A stretch of DNA of 64,000 nt, taken from the NCBI GenBank assembly GCA_965204615.1, contig OZ242000.1, forward strand, positions 1,281,803 through 1,345,802, in the 5' to 3' direction. This DNA comes from Acidimicrobiia bacterium. GTDB taxonomy: Bacteria; Actinomycetota; Acidimicrobiia; Spongiisociales; ZC4RG35. The notes beneath the pieces are model-generated. The model did not search any database. It was not told the origin of the DNA and was given only the letters and a program-made list of their open reading frames with translations. Every line of letters begins with the position of its first letter. Position 1 is the stretch's first letter. Below are positions 1 through 10,040 of this stretch, piece by piece. Made by a program: the position numbers and the translations under genes.

Positions 1-273
1 GAGACGCATCTCGTCGATGGCTGTCGAGATGTCTCCCAGCAGGAGGTTGCCATGGTGCCGGAAGTAGTTCCGTCGGATCCAGCCGAGATTGTCGAGACGT
101 ATCGGTTCATAGGCTCGCACCCTCTCGCTGGCGGTCCGGGGCGCCTCGAAGATACCGGTGACATCGGTGAGGATGTGCTCGTGCATCATGGTGGGGCCCA
201 GGAGGTGGGGATCCACGTTGCCCAACACGGTCTGCACCTGCCCGGATGGCGCTTGACCCGCGGTCTCGCTCAT
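1..273 (-). CDS. phosphotriesterase-related (PTE/amidohydrolase-fold) protein, N-terminal 91 codons; gene continues past window start
   Basis: Reverse-strand translation from ATG at 273 gives MSETAGQAPSGQVQTVLGNVDPHLLGPTMMHEHILTDV...; HxH metal-ligand motif (MMHEHIL) typical of the phosphotriesterase family; AAGGAA RBS 4 nt upstream; 8 nt downstream of the preceding gene stop (same strand), operon-like. Confidence 0.5.
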   Translation of the reverse strand, partial: MSETAGQAPSGQVQTVLGNVDPHLLGPTMMHEHILTDVTGIFEAPRTASERVRAYEPIRLDNLGWIRRNYFRHHGNLLLGDISTAIDEMRL

Positions 274-281
274 TGGTTCCT

Positions 282-1436
282 TCAGCCGACCAGAGTCAGG
301 TGGCGAGCGACGTCCTCGAAGACCGCCTGTATCTGTTCGATCTGCTGATCGTTGTGTACGGCCGAAGCGATGAGACGCATACGGGAACTCCCCGGCGGCA
401 CGTAGGGCGGCAGGATGGCTCGTACGAAGATGCCGTTGGCTATCAGTACCTTCTCGGCCGTCATGGCCTTGTCAGAGTCGCCGAACATCACGGGGATGAT
501 CGGATAAGCCCTGTCGGGTACCGAGAACCCGAGTTGGGACAGCGCAGAGTGGATCTTGGCGGCATTGTCCCATAGCCGCTGCAGACGCTGCGGCTCGGAC
601 CGCATGATCCGCACCGATTCCAAGGCCGCGGCCGCCGCCACCGGAGAGGGAGCGGTGGTGAACAGGAAGGTGCGGCACACCTTCCCGAGGTAGCCGATGA
701 TCTCCGCCGACCCGGTGGCGAAGGCGCCCACGCTTCCCAGGGCCTTCCCGAGCGTCCCGGTGATCACATCGGCCCGGTCGGCCCGCTTGTAGTAGCCGCT
801 CGAACCCTTCCCGCCGTATCCCAGGACGCCGGTGGCATGGGCGTCGTCCAGGACCAGCATGGCGTCATGGGCATCGGCCAGGTCGGCTATCTCATCCACC
901 GGAGCCAGGTCGCCGTTCATCGAGAAGACGCTGTCGGTGACGATCACGCTCGTTCCGGAGGCCCTGTCGAGTTGGCGGCTCACATCCTCGACGTCACAGT
1001 GCGCGTAGACCCTTATCTGTGCGCCGCTCAGGCGTGCCCCGTCGATGATGCTGGCGTGGTTCAGTTCATCGCTTACCACGGTGTCTTCCCGCCCGGGAAA
1101 GGCAGCGACGACTCCCAGGTTGCATGCGTACCCGGATGCGAACAGGAGCGCCGACTCGGCGGACTTCAGGTCGGCCAACTCCTCCTCGAGTTCCCGGTGG
1201 ACCCGGGTGTCCCCTCCGATGTGACGGGATGCCCGGGCGCCCGCGCCGAAGGTCTCCAAGGCAGCCTGCGCGGCGGCTATGACCCTGGGATCGGAAGCCA
1301 GCCCCAGGTAGTCGTTCAAGGCCAGGGCGATGTAGGAGCGTCCCTCGAAGTGGATCGTCCCGGGCCGTACCAGGTCGGAAGCCGGATCCCGGGGCGGCCA
1401 GGTGGCGCCCCGATCGGCAATGCGGTCTCGAATCAT
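282..1436 (-). CDS. PLP-dependent alpha-oxoamine synthase family enzyme (glycine C-acetyltransferase / 8-amino-7-oxononanoate synthase-like)
   Basis: 384-aa ORF; class I/II aminotransferase fold motifs (DELNHASIIDGARLS, TGTLGKALG PLP-lysine region) typical of Kbl/BioF; cannot distinguish Kbl from BioF by eye. Confidence 0.8.
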   Translation of the reverse strand: MIRDRIADRGATWPPRDPASDLVRPGTIHFEGRSYIALALNDYLGLASDPRVIAAAQAALETFGAGARASRHIGGDTRVHRELEEELADLKSAESALLFASGYACNLGVVAAFPGREDTVVSDELNHASIIDGARLSGAQIRVYAHCDVEDVSRQLDRASGTSVIVTDSVFSMNGDLAPVDEIADLADAHDAMLVLDDAHATGVLGYGGKGSSGYYKRADRADVITGTLGKALGSVGAFATGSAEIIGYLGKVCRTFLFTTAPSPVAAAAALESVRIMRSEPQRLQRLWDNAAKIHSALSQLGFSVPDRAYPIIPVMFGDSDKAMTAEKVLIANGIFVRAILPPYVPPGSSRMRLIASAVHNDQQIEQIQAVFEDVARHLTLVG

Positions 1437-1514
1437 GTCACACCTTCCCTCGGTATTGATGGCATTTTCTCACCGCCTTGTGCGGGGGATGCTGAAGTTC
1501 AATCCGGCTTGGCG

Positions 1515-3080
1515 TCATCTTCGAAGCACCCGACCGGGCCGCGTCCCCGAGAGACTACCGGAGCGCATTACGGGCTTGCCGTTGACCAGGACATGCACCA
1601 TTCCCTCCGCCAGGACATTCGGCTCGAACCTGGTCGCCTTCTGGCGGAAGACCGCCGGGTCGAACACCGCTATGTCGGCGAAGGCGCCCGGTCTCAGTTG
1701 TCCCCGGTCCGGGAGGCCGAGGCGCTCGGCCGGAAGGCCGGACAGCCGGTGGACGGCTTCGCCCGGGGTGAGGAAGCCCTCCTGGTTGACCGAGAAGTTG
1801 TAGAAATAGGAAGCCCAGGTGTATGCGCCGTGGAAGGTCTTTCCCGCCAGAGGACCGTCCGGCGCCATGGTGGTGGCGTCGGAGGCGGGCATCGCCAGCG
1901 GGTGCGCGAAAGCCGTGCGCTGTTGTTCGGCGGTGTGGCAGTCGATCAGGACCATGAGTGACTCCATCTGCTCGATGGCTCCCAGCAGCAGGTCGTAGAT
2001 ACAGTCCAGACCCTCCTGTCCGCGCTCTTCGGCAATCGACCCGATGGACCGTCTGCCATAGCCGGGGTAGGCGTCGTGGTCCAGCAGCACTATCCGCTCC
2101 CAGTCACCGCCTGCGCTGAGAATGCTGCGGAAACTCTTCATTCGCCGCCGCGCTTCGGGGTCCGAAAGCACCGAGGCGAGCCCATCGGTGCCGTTGGCCA
2201 TGGCCCATGGGGGGAGCACCGAGTACAGGTAGGTGAACCCGAACAGGCGGGTATGAAGGTCGAAGGCGATGTCCAGGTCGCTCCGGTGGGCCTCGTCGAC
2301 CAATTCAAGGCACTCTTCCATGTCTTCATCGCCGCTTCTGGGAGTGAGGTGGGAGACCTGGAGTCTCACCCCGGCGGCCCTGGCGGTCCTGATGGCCTCG
2401 GCCACCCCTTCGGGCGCGCCTTCGTCGCGGTAGCGGGCATGGCAGACGTAGAGGTCGTCCCGTGCGGCCAGCGGTTCGCAGAGCCTGGTGACCTCCGACT
2501 CGGGAGCGCCCGCCTCGGTTGCGTATTCGAGGCCGGTCGAGAGTCCCCAGGCGCCCTGGTCGAGCGCGGTCCGCAGGAGGTGTTTCATCTGCTCGACCTC
2601 GTCATCGGTGGCCGGCCGGTCGGTGAGGCCCACGACCGCCAGGCGAAGCTGACCGTGGGGAACCAGGCTGAGAACGTTGAGAGCCGGCTCCGCCTGCTCG
2701 AGCCGGGAGAAGTAGCCCGAAGCCGAGTCCCAATCGAGAGGAACGGACTCCGAGTACCCGTAGATGGCCTTCAGCGCCAGTTCCGGATCGGTGATCGGAA
2801 AGCAACCGTGGCCGCAGTTTCCCACCACCTCGGTGGTGACTCCCTGGTAGATGGCGCTGACCGCCCGGGGGTCGGCCAGAAGGGTGTAGTCGGAGTGGCT
2901 GTGGATGTCGATGAATCCGGGAGCCACGAAAAGTCCGGTTGCGTCCAGTTCCTCACCCTGGCTGCCGGCCAGGTCTCCGATTGCGGCGACCCGGTCCCCC
3001 ACTATTCCCACGTCGGCTTGAACGGGCTCTGCGCCCGTGCCGTCGACAACGGCGCCGTCATGAATGAGGAGATCAAACAT
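1515..3080 (-). CDS. N-acyl-D-amino-acid deacylase (D-aminoacylase) family amidohydrolase
   Basis: 521-aa ORF; N-terminal GFIDIHSHSD metal-binding motif and overall D-aminoacylase architecture. Confidence 0.8.
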   Translation of the reverse strand: MFDLLIHDGAVVDGTGAEPVQADVGIVGDRVAAIGDLAGSQGEELDATGLFVAPGFIDIHSHSDYTLLADPRAVSAIYQGVTTEVVGNCGHGCFPITDPELALKAIYGYSESVPLDWDSASGYFSRLEQAEPALNVLSLVPHGQLRLAVVGLTDRPATDDEVEQMKHLLRTALDQGAWGLSTGLEYATEAGAPESEVTRLCEPLAARDDLYVCHARYRDEGAPEGVAEAIRTARAAGVRLQVSHLTPRSGDEDMEECLELVDEAHRSDLDIAFDLHTRLFGFTYLYSVLPPWAMANGTDGLASVLSDPEARRRMKSFRSILSAGGDWERIVLLDHDAYPGYGRRSIGSIAEERGQEGLDCIYDLLLGAIEQMESLMVLIDCHTAEQQRTAFAHPLAMPASDATTMAPDGPLAGKTFHGAYTWASYFYNFSVNQEGFLTPGEAVHRLSGLPAERLGLPDRGQLRPGAFADIAVFDPAVFRQKATRFEPNVLAEGMVHVLVNGKPVMRSGSLSGTRPGRVLRR

Positions 3081-3360
3081 GTTCCTGGCTCTCCGTTCGG
3101 GTCAAGTTCTCAACTGGCCCGTCTTCCGACGGAGGTCCGTCCCGGCGTCGGGACACGGGCGCCAATCCGATGCCGGGAGCGGAAAAAAATGTGCGTCACC
3201 CCCTGACCGGACCAGGGGTGCCTGGCTACCATGCAGGTGATATGTTACACAATGCATGTTGTGAAGCAAGCAGCAGGTTGGCCTTCTCTGATCACATCTT
3301 CTGTCATGCAGAGACCATTGGGACGACATGCTCATCACCCCTGAAAGAAAGGAATTGAAG

Positions 3361-4446
3361 ATGCCTAAGAACTCATTACGTATTGTCATTGCAGCCATCG
3401 TCGCTTTCGCCATGTTGGCGGCCGCCTGCGGTGAGGATGAGCCCGCCGAGACCACCGCCGCGCCCACGACCGCAGCGCCCACCACGACGGCGGCGCCCAC
3501 CACGACGGCCGCTCCCGAGGAAGAGCCGATCCGCATCGGACTGGTGATTCCGGACTTCACCCAGAACGAGCTGATCCTCGCTCTCAAGACGGGTGCCGAC
3601 GACGCGGCGGCCGACTTAGGTATCGAACTGCTGGTGACGGGTAGCGGCAGCGCCCAGGACCTGGTAGCGGCTATCGAGAACTATGCCGCGGCCGGTGTTG
3701 ACGCAATCGTCTACGACACCATCGACGCCCAGGCTCTGGCGCCTGCGATCCTCGCCCTGAATGATGCAGGCATTCCAGTGATCTGTACGGTTGCTTGCGC
3801 CTCTGAGGGAGTCAGCGCCATCGAGATCGGTTACGACTATCGGGCCGACATGGGTCGCCCCGTCGGTGATTGGCTGTCTGCCCAGGATCCGGCACCGGCG
3901 AAACTCGCCTTCATCGACTCCAATCAGGCTGACGAGTCGGTTGCCGCCATCTACGCGGGAATCGAAGACGGTCTGGAAGCCGGAGGACTCGGCGATGTCG
4001 AGAGGGTGGTTTCCCCGCCCACCAACTGGGACCGCGCCGCCGGTCTCGACGTAGCCCGGTCGCTTTTGACCGCCAACCCCGATGTGGACATCATCGTCGG
4101 TCTGCATGACCTCCTTGCCGGAGCGACCCTGACCGCGATGGAAGAGTTGGGATACAAGGAGACGACACTGACCGGCCTCGGTGGCACCTGCGAAGGCCTC
4201 ATGAACATTCTCGAGGGCCGCCAGGCGCTCACCGTGATCCAACCCCTCTATCCGGCCGGTTACCTGGCTGTCGAGGCGGCGGTCAACATCGTTATGGGAG
4301 AGGATCCCGAAGAGGACTTCATCCCGATCGGGATGGTGGTCGTCGACAAGGCGTTCGCCGAAGGCGTACTGGACGGCTCGGAAGAGCCTGTGCAGAGCGG
4401 TGTCGACCTCAAGACAGCACTGGAAGCCGCGGCGGCTGGGTGCTAA
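3361..4446 (+). CDS. ABC transporter substrate-binding lipoprotein (RbsB/periplasmic-binding-protein type I fold)
   Basis: ATG at 3361 with AAGGAA RBS; signal peptide plus lipobox (LAAACG); Pro/Thr/Ala-rich linker (APTTAAPTTTAAPTTTAAP); IRIGLVIPD... ribose-binding-protein-like core. Confidence 0.85.
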   Translation: MPKNSLRIVIAAIVAFAMLAAACGEDEPAETTAAPTTAAPTTTAAPTTTAAPEEEPIRIGLVIPDFTQNELILALKTGADDAAADLGIELLVTGSGSAQDLVAAIENYAAAGVDAIVYDTIDAQALAPAILALNDAGIPVICTVACASEGVSAIEIGYDYRADMGRPVGDWLSAQDPAPAKLAFIDSNQADESVAAIYAGIEDGLEAGGLGDVERVVSPPTNWDRAAGLDVARSLLTANPDVDIIVGLHDLLAGATLTAMEELGYKETTLTGLGGTCEGLMNILEGRQALTVIQPLYPAGYLAVEAAVNIVMGEDPEEDFIPIGMVVVDKAFAEGVLDGSEEPVQSGVDLKTALEAAAAGC

Positions 4447-4474
4447 AGGCCGTAAACCCCTAACCGACTAGTAG

Positions 4475-4533
4475 CAATGGCTCTCTCCTACCGATCCAAG
4501 AGGACACGGCGGGAGGGAGCCATTGGCTTTTCC
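4475..4533 (+). terminator. intercistronic stem-loop (14-bp stem, one G-U) followed by CUUUUCCUCCC; putative attenuator/partial terminator between binding-protein and permease genes
   Basis: CAATGGCTCTCTCC ... GGAGGGAGCCATTG inverted repeat at 4475-4488 / 4512-4525 followed by T-rich tract. Confidence 0.35.
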
Positions 4534-4588
4534 TCCCGTCGTTAGAGTCGAGCAGGTAGAGAGCAGCTTGAAAGGTCTATGAGTTTCT

Positions 4589-5617
4589 GTGGTTGACACG
4601 AATCAGACTTCCCAAGCGAACAGGGAACGGTCCTCCGGCGTGCGCTATGCCTTACGCAGGTATCGCCAGCTATGGGCGTTGCTGTTTGCCGTTCTGCTCC
4701 TCTGGACATTCCTGAGTTTTGCCAGCCCGTACTTCATGACGGTGCAGAACCTGACCAACATCGCCCTGCAGAGTTCCGTGGTGGGGATCATGGCGGTCGG
4801 GTTCACCATCTTGCTGATCGGCGGAGAGATCGACCTGGCGATCGGCTCCACCCAGGCGTTGGCGGGGACCATGGCCGCCCTGCTGATCATCCAACGCGAA
4901 CTGCCTATCTGGGCCGGGGTACTGATAGTCCTGGGCATGGGACTGATCGTCGGGAATGTGAACGGGTACTTTTCTCTGTTCACGAGAGTCCCCTCGTTTA
5001 TCGTGACGCTGGCGATGCTGGGAGTACTGCAGGGCCTTGCCTTTGTTATGACCAGCGGACAGACGATCGGCGGATTTCCGGAGGCATTCAAAGTCCTGGG
5101 ACACGGTCGGGTGGGGGTGATTCCATTACCCGTGATCATCTTCTTCTCTGTAACTGTGGTGGTGCAACTGATCCTGAGCCATACGCGATACGGCGTGGAA
5201 CTGTACGCCACCGGTGGCAATCGGGAGGCGGCCGGCCTGGTCGGGATAAGTGTCAGGAGAGTCCTGATGCTGGCCTTTATCGCCAGTTCGATGCTCTGCG
5301 CGCTGGCGGGACTGGTGCTGAGCGCCCGGTTGAACGCCGGCCACGGCTCCTTCGGGTCGGAGTCACTGCTCGATGCGGTGGCCGCGGTGATAATCGGAGG
5401 CACGTCGCTCAACGGCGGCGCCGGCAATACGTTCGGCACTCTCCTGGGGATCATCCTGATCAGCACCATCAAGAACGGCCTGATTCTCCTGGGAGTGGAC
5501 CCGTTCTGGCAGCAGGTGGCGGTCGGCGCCCTGATTCTGGCCGCGGTTCTGGTGGACAAGACAATCAAGGGCGAACTGGCCGTCGGGGACCTGCTGCCCA
5601 GGTTGGGGAAGCGATGA
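4589..5617 (+). CDS. ABC transporter permease (RbsC/branched-sugar permease type)
   Basis: 342-aa hydrophobic multi-TM ORF; GTG start at 4589 (alternative GTG at 4640); stop overlaps next start (ATGA). Confidence 0.8.
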   Translation: MVDTNQTSQANRERSSGVRYALRRYRQLWALLFAVLLLWTFLSFASPYFMTVQNLTNIALQSSVVGIMAVGFTILLIGGEIDLAIGSTQALAGTMAALLIIQRELPIWAGVLIVLGMGLIVGNVNGYFSLFTRVPSFIVTLAMLGVLQGLAFVMTSGQTIGGFPEAFKVLGHGRVGVIPLPVIIFFSVTVVVQLILSHTRYGVELYATGGNREAAGLVGISVRRVLMLAFIASSMLCALAGLVLSARLNAGHGSFGSESLLDAVAAVIIGGTSLNGGAGNTFGTLLGIILISTIKNGLILLGVDPFWQQVAVGALILAAVLVDKTIKGELAVGDLLPRLGKR

Positions 5618-6396
5618 TGGCTGCGGTGCCACAGAGCGTGGGTGGACCCAACGGCGGGGTCGACCAGGCCGTACCGCCGGTGATGGTCGCCCGGGATGTC
5701 TCGAAGTCCTTCGGTCAGGTGCGGGCTTTGGTCGACGCCACGTTCCAGGTCGACGAGGGCGAGACGGTGGCGATAGTCGGCGACAACGGCGCCGGCAAGT
5801 CGACCCTGGTCAAGATCCTGACCGGCGCGATACTGCCGGATCGGGGTTCGCTGGAACTGGACGGGAACCCGGTGGCGTTCCGCACCACCCGGGATTCCCT
5901 GCAGTTGGGAGTGACGGCGGTGTATCAGAACCTGGCGCTGGCCGACAACATGACCGTGGCGGAGAACGTGTTCCTGGGCCAGGTGCCGACCAGGTGGCTG
6001 CGGGTGGACAGACGGCGCATGGAACGGGAGTCGGCGGAACTGCTCCACTCTCTGGCCATCAACGTGCCCGACGTCAGGGCCACGACGGCTTCCCTGTCGG
6101 GTGGGCAGCGGCAGGCGGTCGCCATCGCCCGGTCGTTCAGGTCGGGGCGGCGGCTGATGATCCTGGACGAGCCGACCGCGGCGCTGGGGGTCCAGGAGGG
6201 CCAGAAGGTCTTGGACATCATCGAAGGATTGAAGGGACAGAGAGTCTCGATCATCGTGGTCAGCCACAACCTCGACCACGTCTTCAGGGTGGCCGACCGA
6301 ATAGTGGTCATGAGAGGCGGCCGGATAGTGGGCTCACGTGCAAAGGAAGAAACGACAACCGACGACATCGTCCATCTGATAGTGGGAACCCGCTAG
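5614..6396 (+). CDS. ABC transporter ATP-binding protein
   Basis: ATG 5614 overlapping permease stop; Walker A GDNGAGKST, signature LSGGQRQ, Walker B MILDEPTAAL; single ATPase domain (261 aa). Confidence 0.85.
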   Translation: MMAAVPQSVGGPNGGVDQAVPPVMVARDVSKSFGQVRALVDATFQVDEGETVAIVGDNGAGKSTLVKILTGAILPDRGSLELDGNPVAFRTTRDSLQLGVTAVYQNLALADNMTVAENVFLGQVPTRWLRVDRRRMERESAELLHSLAINVPDVRATTASLSGGQRQAVAIARSFRSGRRLMILDEPTAALGVQEGQKVLDIIEGLKGQRVSIIVVSHNLDHVFRVADRIVVMRGGRIVGSRAKEETTTDDIVHLIVGTR

Positions 6397-6436
6397 GGGG
6401 CGCAGAGGTCGGCGGTCAAGACGCTTGGGGGAAGAA

Positions 6437-7990
6437 ATGAATCGATTTGAACGCAATCGCCAGACCGTCCGGCCTCCCTCAACCGTCGACATCGAAGAAA
6501 TAGCGGCTCTGGACGGGATCGAACTCGCCGACTCGGAGGCCGAGGACCTGTCGGGCATCATCACCGCCCTGGTGATGGCGGCCGGGGAGGCCGACCGGTT
6601 CCAGCCGCCGGATGTATCCACCTTCGCGACTTCCCGCGATGCCGGTCGGCGGCCGTCCGCGGGAGAGGACCCGCTGAACGCCTTCATCCGGATGTGCGAG
6701 GTGGCGGGCGCCGAGGATGGCCCCCTGGCCGGTTGGCGCCTGGGGGTGAAGGACAACATCGCGGTGGCCGGCGTGCCGATGACCAACGGATCCGCCCTGA
6801 CCCCGTTCACCCCCACGCTGGACTCGGTGGTCGCCGAAAGGATCCTCAAGGCGGGGGGCTCGATCGTGGGGACGCTCAACATGGACGACCACGGCGGAGG
6901 AGCAACGGGGGTGATGAGCGCCTTCGGTCCGGCGAGGAACCCGCTCGACCCGTCGCGCACCGCGGGAGGGTCTTCGGGAGGGGCGGGCTCGGCGGTTGCG
7001 TCGGGCGCGGTCGATGCGGCTCTGGGAGTGGACCAGGGGGGCAGCGGGCGCATACCCGCCGCGTGCTGCGGCGTGGCGACCATCAAGGCCACTCACGGCC
7101 TGATCCCCACATTCGGGGTGACCCCGATAGACCACTCGATCGACTACGTGACGCCCCTCGCACGGTCGGTGCGGGAAGTCGCCATCCTGTTGGAGGTGAT
7201 CGCCGGAGACGACTGGCGCGACCCCCAGGGGATCCACATTCCCATCGAGATCCCCCACTACCGACGGGCCGAGGAGGACGGCGTCTCGGGGCTGCGGGTA
7301 GCGGTGATCGAAGAGAGCATCACGGGCGTCGAATGCGAACCGGTGGTCGTCGAGACGATCGATGAGGCGGTCGGTGCACTTGAGCAGGCCGGCGCGCGCG
7401 TCGAGCGGATCTCGGCGCCCATGTGGAGCGACGCCTCTGCCATATTCGGCCCTTACGTGGCCCACCTGGTGGGCAACATGGTGCGGACCGAGGGCGGCAG
7501 CCACGGGCACATGGGATACATCGATGCCGAGCGGATGCATGCCTTCGCCACCGGCAGGCGCGCCCAGGCCCGGGAGTTGAACCCCTACGTCAAGTGCTGG
7601 ACCATCGCCAGCAGGTATCTGATGGAGCGGTACATGAACGTCCCGTTCGGGCGGTTGCACAATGCGCGGCTGGAGTCGCGCCGGGGCATCAGCGAGCTTC
7701 TGGATGCCTGGGACCTGCTGATCACGCCGACCATCCCCTTTGTGGCGCCCAGGTTGCCCGCGGTCCCCACTCCCCTGCCGGACCTGTTGGCGGACTCGAA
7801 AGCCTCGGTGGCGTTCAACACCTCGCCGCTCAACATGTCCGGCCATCCGGCGGCGGCGGTGCCCGGTCTTTACGACGCTGACGGTCTTCCCGCCTCGGTG
7901 CAGATCGTTGCCTCCCACTTCGACGAGTACACGGCTTTGCGGGCCGCTTTCGTGCTGGAGGACTACTTCTCGGGGCGCAAGCCCCAATAG
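6437..7990 (+). CDS. amidase (amidase-signature family)
   Basis: GGSSGG amidase signature, catalytic GVKDN and GGS motifs; ATG at 6437 (ORF frame opens at TTG 6425); unusual ~80-aa N-terminal extension. Confidence 0.8.
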   Translation: MNRFERNRQTVRPPSTVDIEEIAALDGIELADSEAEDLSGIITALVMAAGEADRFQPPDVSTFATSRDAGRRPSAGEDPLNAFIRMCEVAGAEDGPLAGWRLGVKDNIAVAGVPMTNGSALTPFTPTLDSVVAERILKAGGSIVGTLNMDDHGGGATGVMSAFGPARNPLDPSRTAGGSSGGAGSAVASGAVDAALGVDQGGSGRIPAACCGVATIKATHGLIPTFGVTPIDHSIDYVTPLARSVREVAILLEVIAGDDWRDPQGIHIPIEIPHYRRAEEDGVSGLRVAVIEESITGVECEPVVVETIDEAVGALEQAGARVERISAPMWSDASAIFGPYVAHLVGNMVRTEGGSHGHMGYIDAERMHAFATGRRAQARELNPYVKCWTIASRYLMERYMNVPFGRLHNARLESRRGISELLDAWDLLITPTIPFVAPRLPAVPTPLPDLLADSKASVAFNTSPLNMSGHPAAAVPGLYDADGLPASVQIVASHFDEYTALRAAFVLEDYFSGRKPQ

Positions 7991-8000
7991 GTGTGACGCC

Positions 8001-9335
8001 ATGACCGCCGGGAGGTCCCTCGAACGACGGGCGCTCGACCATCTGTGGATTCACGAGAGTCCCCGGTCCGAGCTCGTGGATCACGACATGCTCAGGGTCT
8101 TCGAGCGGGGCGAGGGCCCGTGGCTGTGGGACACCCGCGGTGATCGCTACTTCGATCTGTGCTCGTCTATGTGGCAGACGCCCCTGGGGCATGGTCGAGA
8201 GGACATCACCGCGGCAATGGCCGAGCAGGCCCGGAGGGTCGCCACGGCCGGGCCGATCTTCTTCACCACCCGGGGAGCGGTGGAACTTGCCGAGAGGCTC
8301 GCCGCCTCGGCGCCGGGGGACATGAACCACTCGTTCCTGACCAGTTCCGGTTCGGAGGCCACCGAGACCGCCCTCAAGCTGGCTCGCCAGTATCACCGCA
8401 TGCGGGGCGATCACCATCGTTACAAGGTGATTTCCCGCTACGGGTCGTATCACGGCGCCGGTGCGGGAGGCCTGGCCATGTCGGGTCGCCGGCACCGCGA
8501 TGCGGTGTACTACCCCCTGATGCCGGGAGGAGTCCACGTCATGCCGCCCAAGGGAGTCTCGGACCTTCAGTACGCGGAGCAGATCCGGGACGTGATCGAA
8601 CTGGAGGGGCCTGAGACGGTGGCGGCGGTGATCGGCGAGCCGGTGGCGATCACCGAGTTCCGAATCCCGGACGAGACCTACTGGCCGCGGGTGAGAGAGA
8701 TATGTGACGAATACGGCGTACTGTTGATCATCGACGAGACGCTGGTGGGGTGCTGTCGTAGCGGGCGGATGTGGGGAATCGAGCACTGGGGGGTGGTACC
8801 GGATGTGATGGTGGTGGCCAAGGCATTGAGCGGCGGGTACGCACCTGCGGCTGCGATGATCGTCCGAGAGCACGTCTTCGCGGCGTTCGGGCATGACACG
8901 GGCTCTCCCTCGGTCCAGAGTTACGGGGGTCACGGCGCCACCGCCGCGGCCGCCGCCAAGGCCATGCAGATCTACATGGACGGGCGAATGGACCGGGTGG
9001 CGGAGTCGCTCGGAGTGGAGCTCTTCGAGATGCTGAGCGGAGTCAGGGAGTCTCCGATCGTGGGAGACATACGCCGCTTCGGTTTGTGGGTCGGAATCGA
9101 ACTCATCAATCCGGTGACCGGGGACTCCTATGCAACGGGGATCCGCGGCACGTTCGAAGTGGCCAAGGAACTCAGCCGACGATTGTTGCGGCTGGGCTGT
9201 GCCGCCGCCCGGATGTCAGAGGGCATCCTGCACGTGGCCCCTCCCTATGTTTCCACCAGCGAAGACCTGGAATTCGCCACCGAGGCGGTGGTTTCCGTAC
9301 TGGACGAAATCTCCGATAAGCTTTCCAAAGGCTGA
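8001..9335 (+). CDS. class III (omega-type) aminotransferase, PLP-dependent
   Basis: ATG at 8001 in frame of the 7740 ORF; motifs SGSEATETALKLARQY, IIDETLVGCCRSGRMWG (PLP-lysine region), 444 aa. Confidence 0.85.
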   Translation: MTAGRSLERRALDHLWIHESPRSELVDHDMLRVFERGEGPWLWDTRGDRYFDLCSSMWQTPLGHGREDITAAMAEQARRVATAGPIFFTTRGAVELAERLAASAPGDMNHSFLTSSGSEATETALKLARQYHRMRGDHHRYKVISRYGSYHGAGAGGLAMSGRRHRDAVYYPLMPGGVHVMPPKGVSDLQYAEQIRDVIELEGPETVAAVIGEPVAITEFRIPDETYWPRVREICDEYGVLLIIDETLVGCCRSGRMWGIEHWGVVPDVMVVAKALSGGYAPAAAMIVREHVFAAFGHDTGSPSVQSYGGHGATAAAAAKAMQIYMDGRMDRVAESLGVELFEMLSGVRESPIVGDIRRFGLWVGIELINPVTGDSYATGIRGTFEVAKELSRRLLRLGCAAARMSEGILHVAPPYVSTSEDLEFATEAVVSVLDEISDKLSKG

Positions 9336-9365
9336 TAGACAGAGGAAACGAAGGGGACGACGAGC

Positions 9366-10040
9366 GTGCAGCACAACTGGACGATTGAACAGCGCATCAC
9401 CAAGGAATTGAGGGATCTCATAGTCGCGGGAGAACTCGAACCGGGCATCAGGGTGCGATACCGGGATCTCGCCAAACAGTTCGGGGTCAGCGTTACGCCG
9501 GTTCGCGCCGCTCTGCGGGAACTGGCACACGAGGGCTTGATAGACGCCCGTCCCAACGCCGCCAACTACGTGTCTCCGCTGTCACTTGATGAGGTCGAAC
9601 AGTTGTACCTGACCAGGATGGGATTCGAATCGTGGCTGGCTCAACTGGGCGCCCCCCGGTTGTCGAGTCGATCCCTCCGTCTGATGGAGCAGAAACTGAA
9701 GAAGTTCGAGACGGCCGCGGAACAGCGGGACAGCGAAGGCCTGGTGGATGTCGCATGGAAGATGCGGTTGGTCTGCTATGAAGCAGCCGATCGTCCCGGC
9801 CTGCTGCAGAAGGCGGAGGAGCTCTACGACCGCTCGCGCCGCTATACCCATCGCACACTGATGGACGCCTCCCGACACGATGAGTCCAGTGCGGTGGCCA
9901 AAGCCTTTTATGGCGCCTGTCTGGAACACAACGGCGATCTGGCGGCGGAAATCATCCGGAAGGCCCTCGAGGTGACCTTCCTGGACCTGAACGCCATCAT
10001 CGCATCCTCTCTCGACCCGCTGGCGGCCGCTTCGGCCTAG
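9366..10040 (+). CDS. GntR-family transcriptional regulator (FadR/FCD subfamily)
   Basis: GTG start with AAGGGGA RBS; N-terminal winged HTH (RYRDLAKQFGVSVTPVRAALRELAHEGLI) and C-terminal FCD-like helical domain. Confidence 0.8.
   Translation: MQHNWTIEQRITKELRDLIVAGELEPGIRVRYRDLAKQFGVSVTPVRAALRELAHEGLIDARPNAANYVSPLSLDEVEQLYLTRMGFESWLAQLGAPRLSSRSLRLMEQKLKKFETAAEQRDSEGLVDVAWKMRLVCYEAADRPGLLQKAEELYDRSRRYTHRTLMDASRHDESSAVAKAFYGACLEHNGDLAAEIIRKALEVTFLDLNAIIASSLDPLAAASA

Noticed and set aside
3102-3587. 161-aa minus-strand ORF with (GAAVVV)n repeats
   Set aside because: It is the reverse-complement reading of the PT-linker of the binding-protein gene at 3361.
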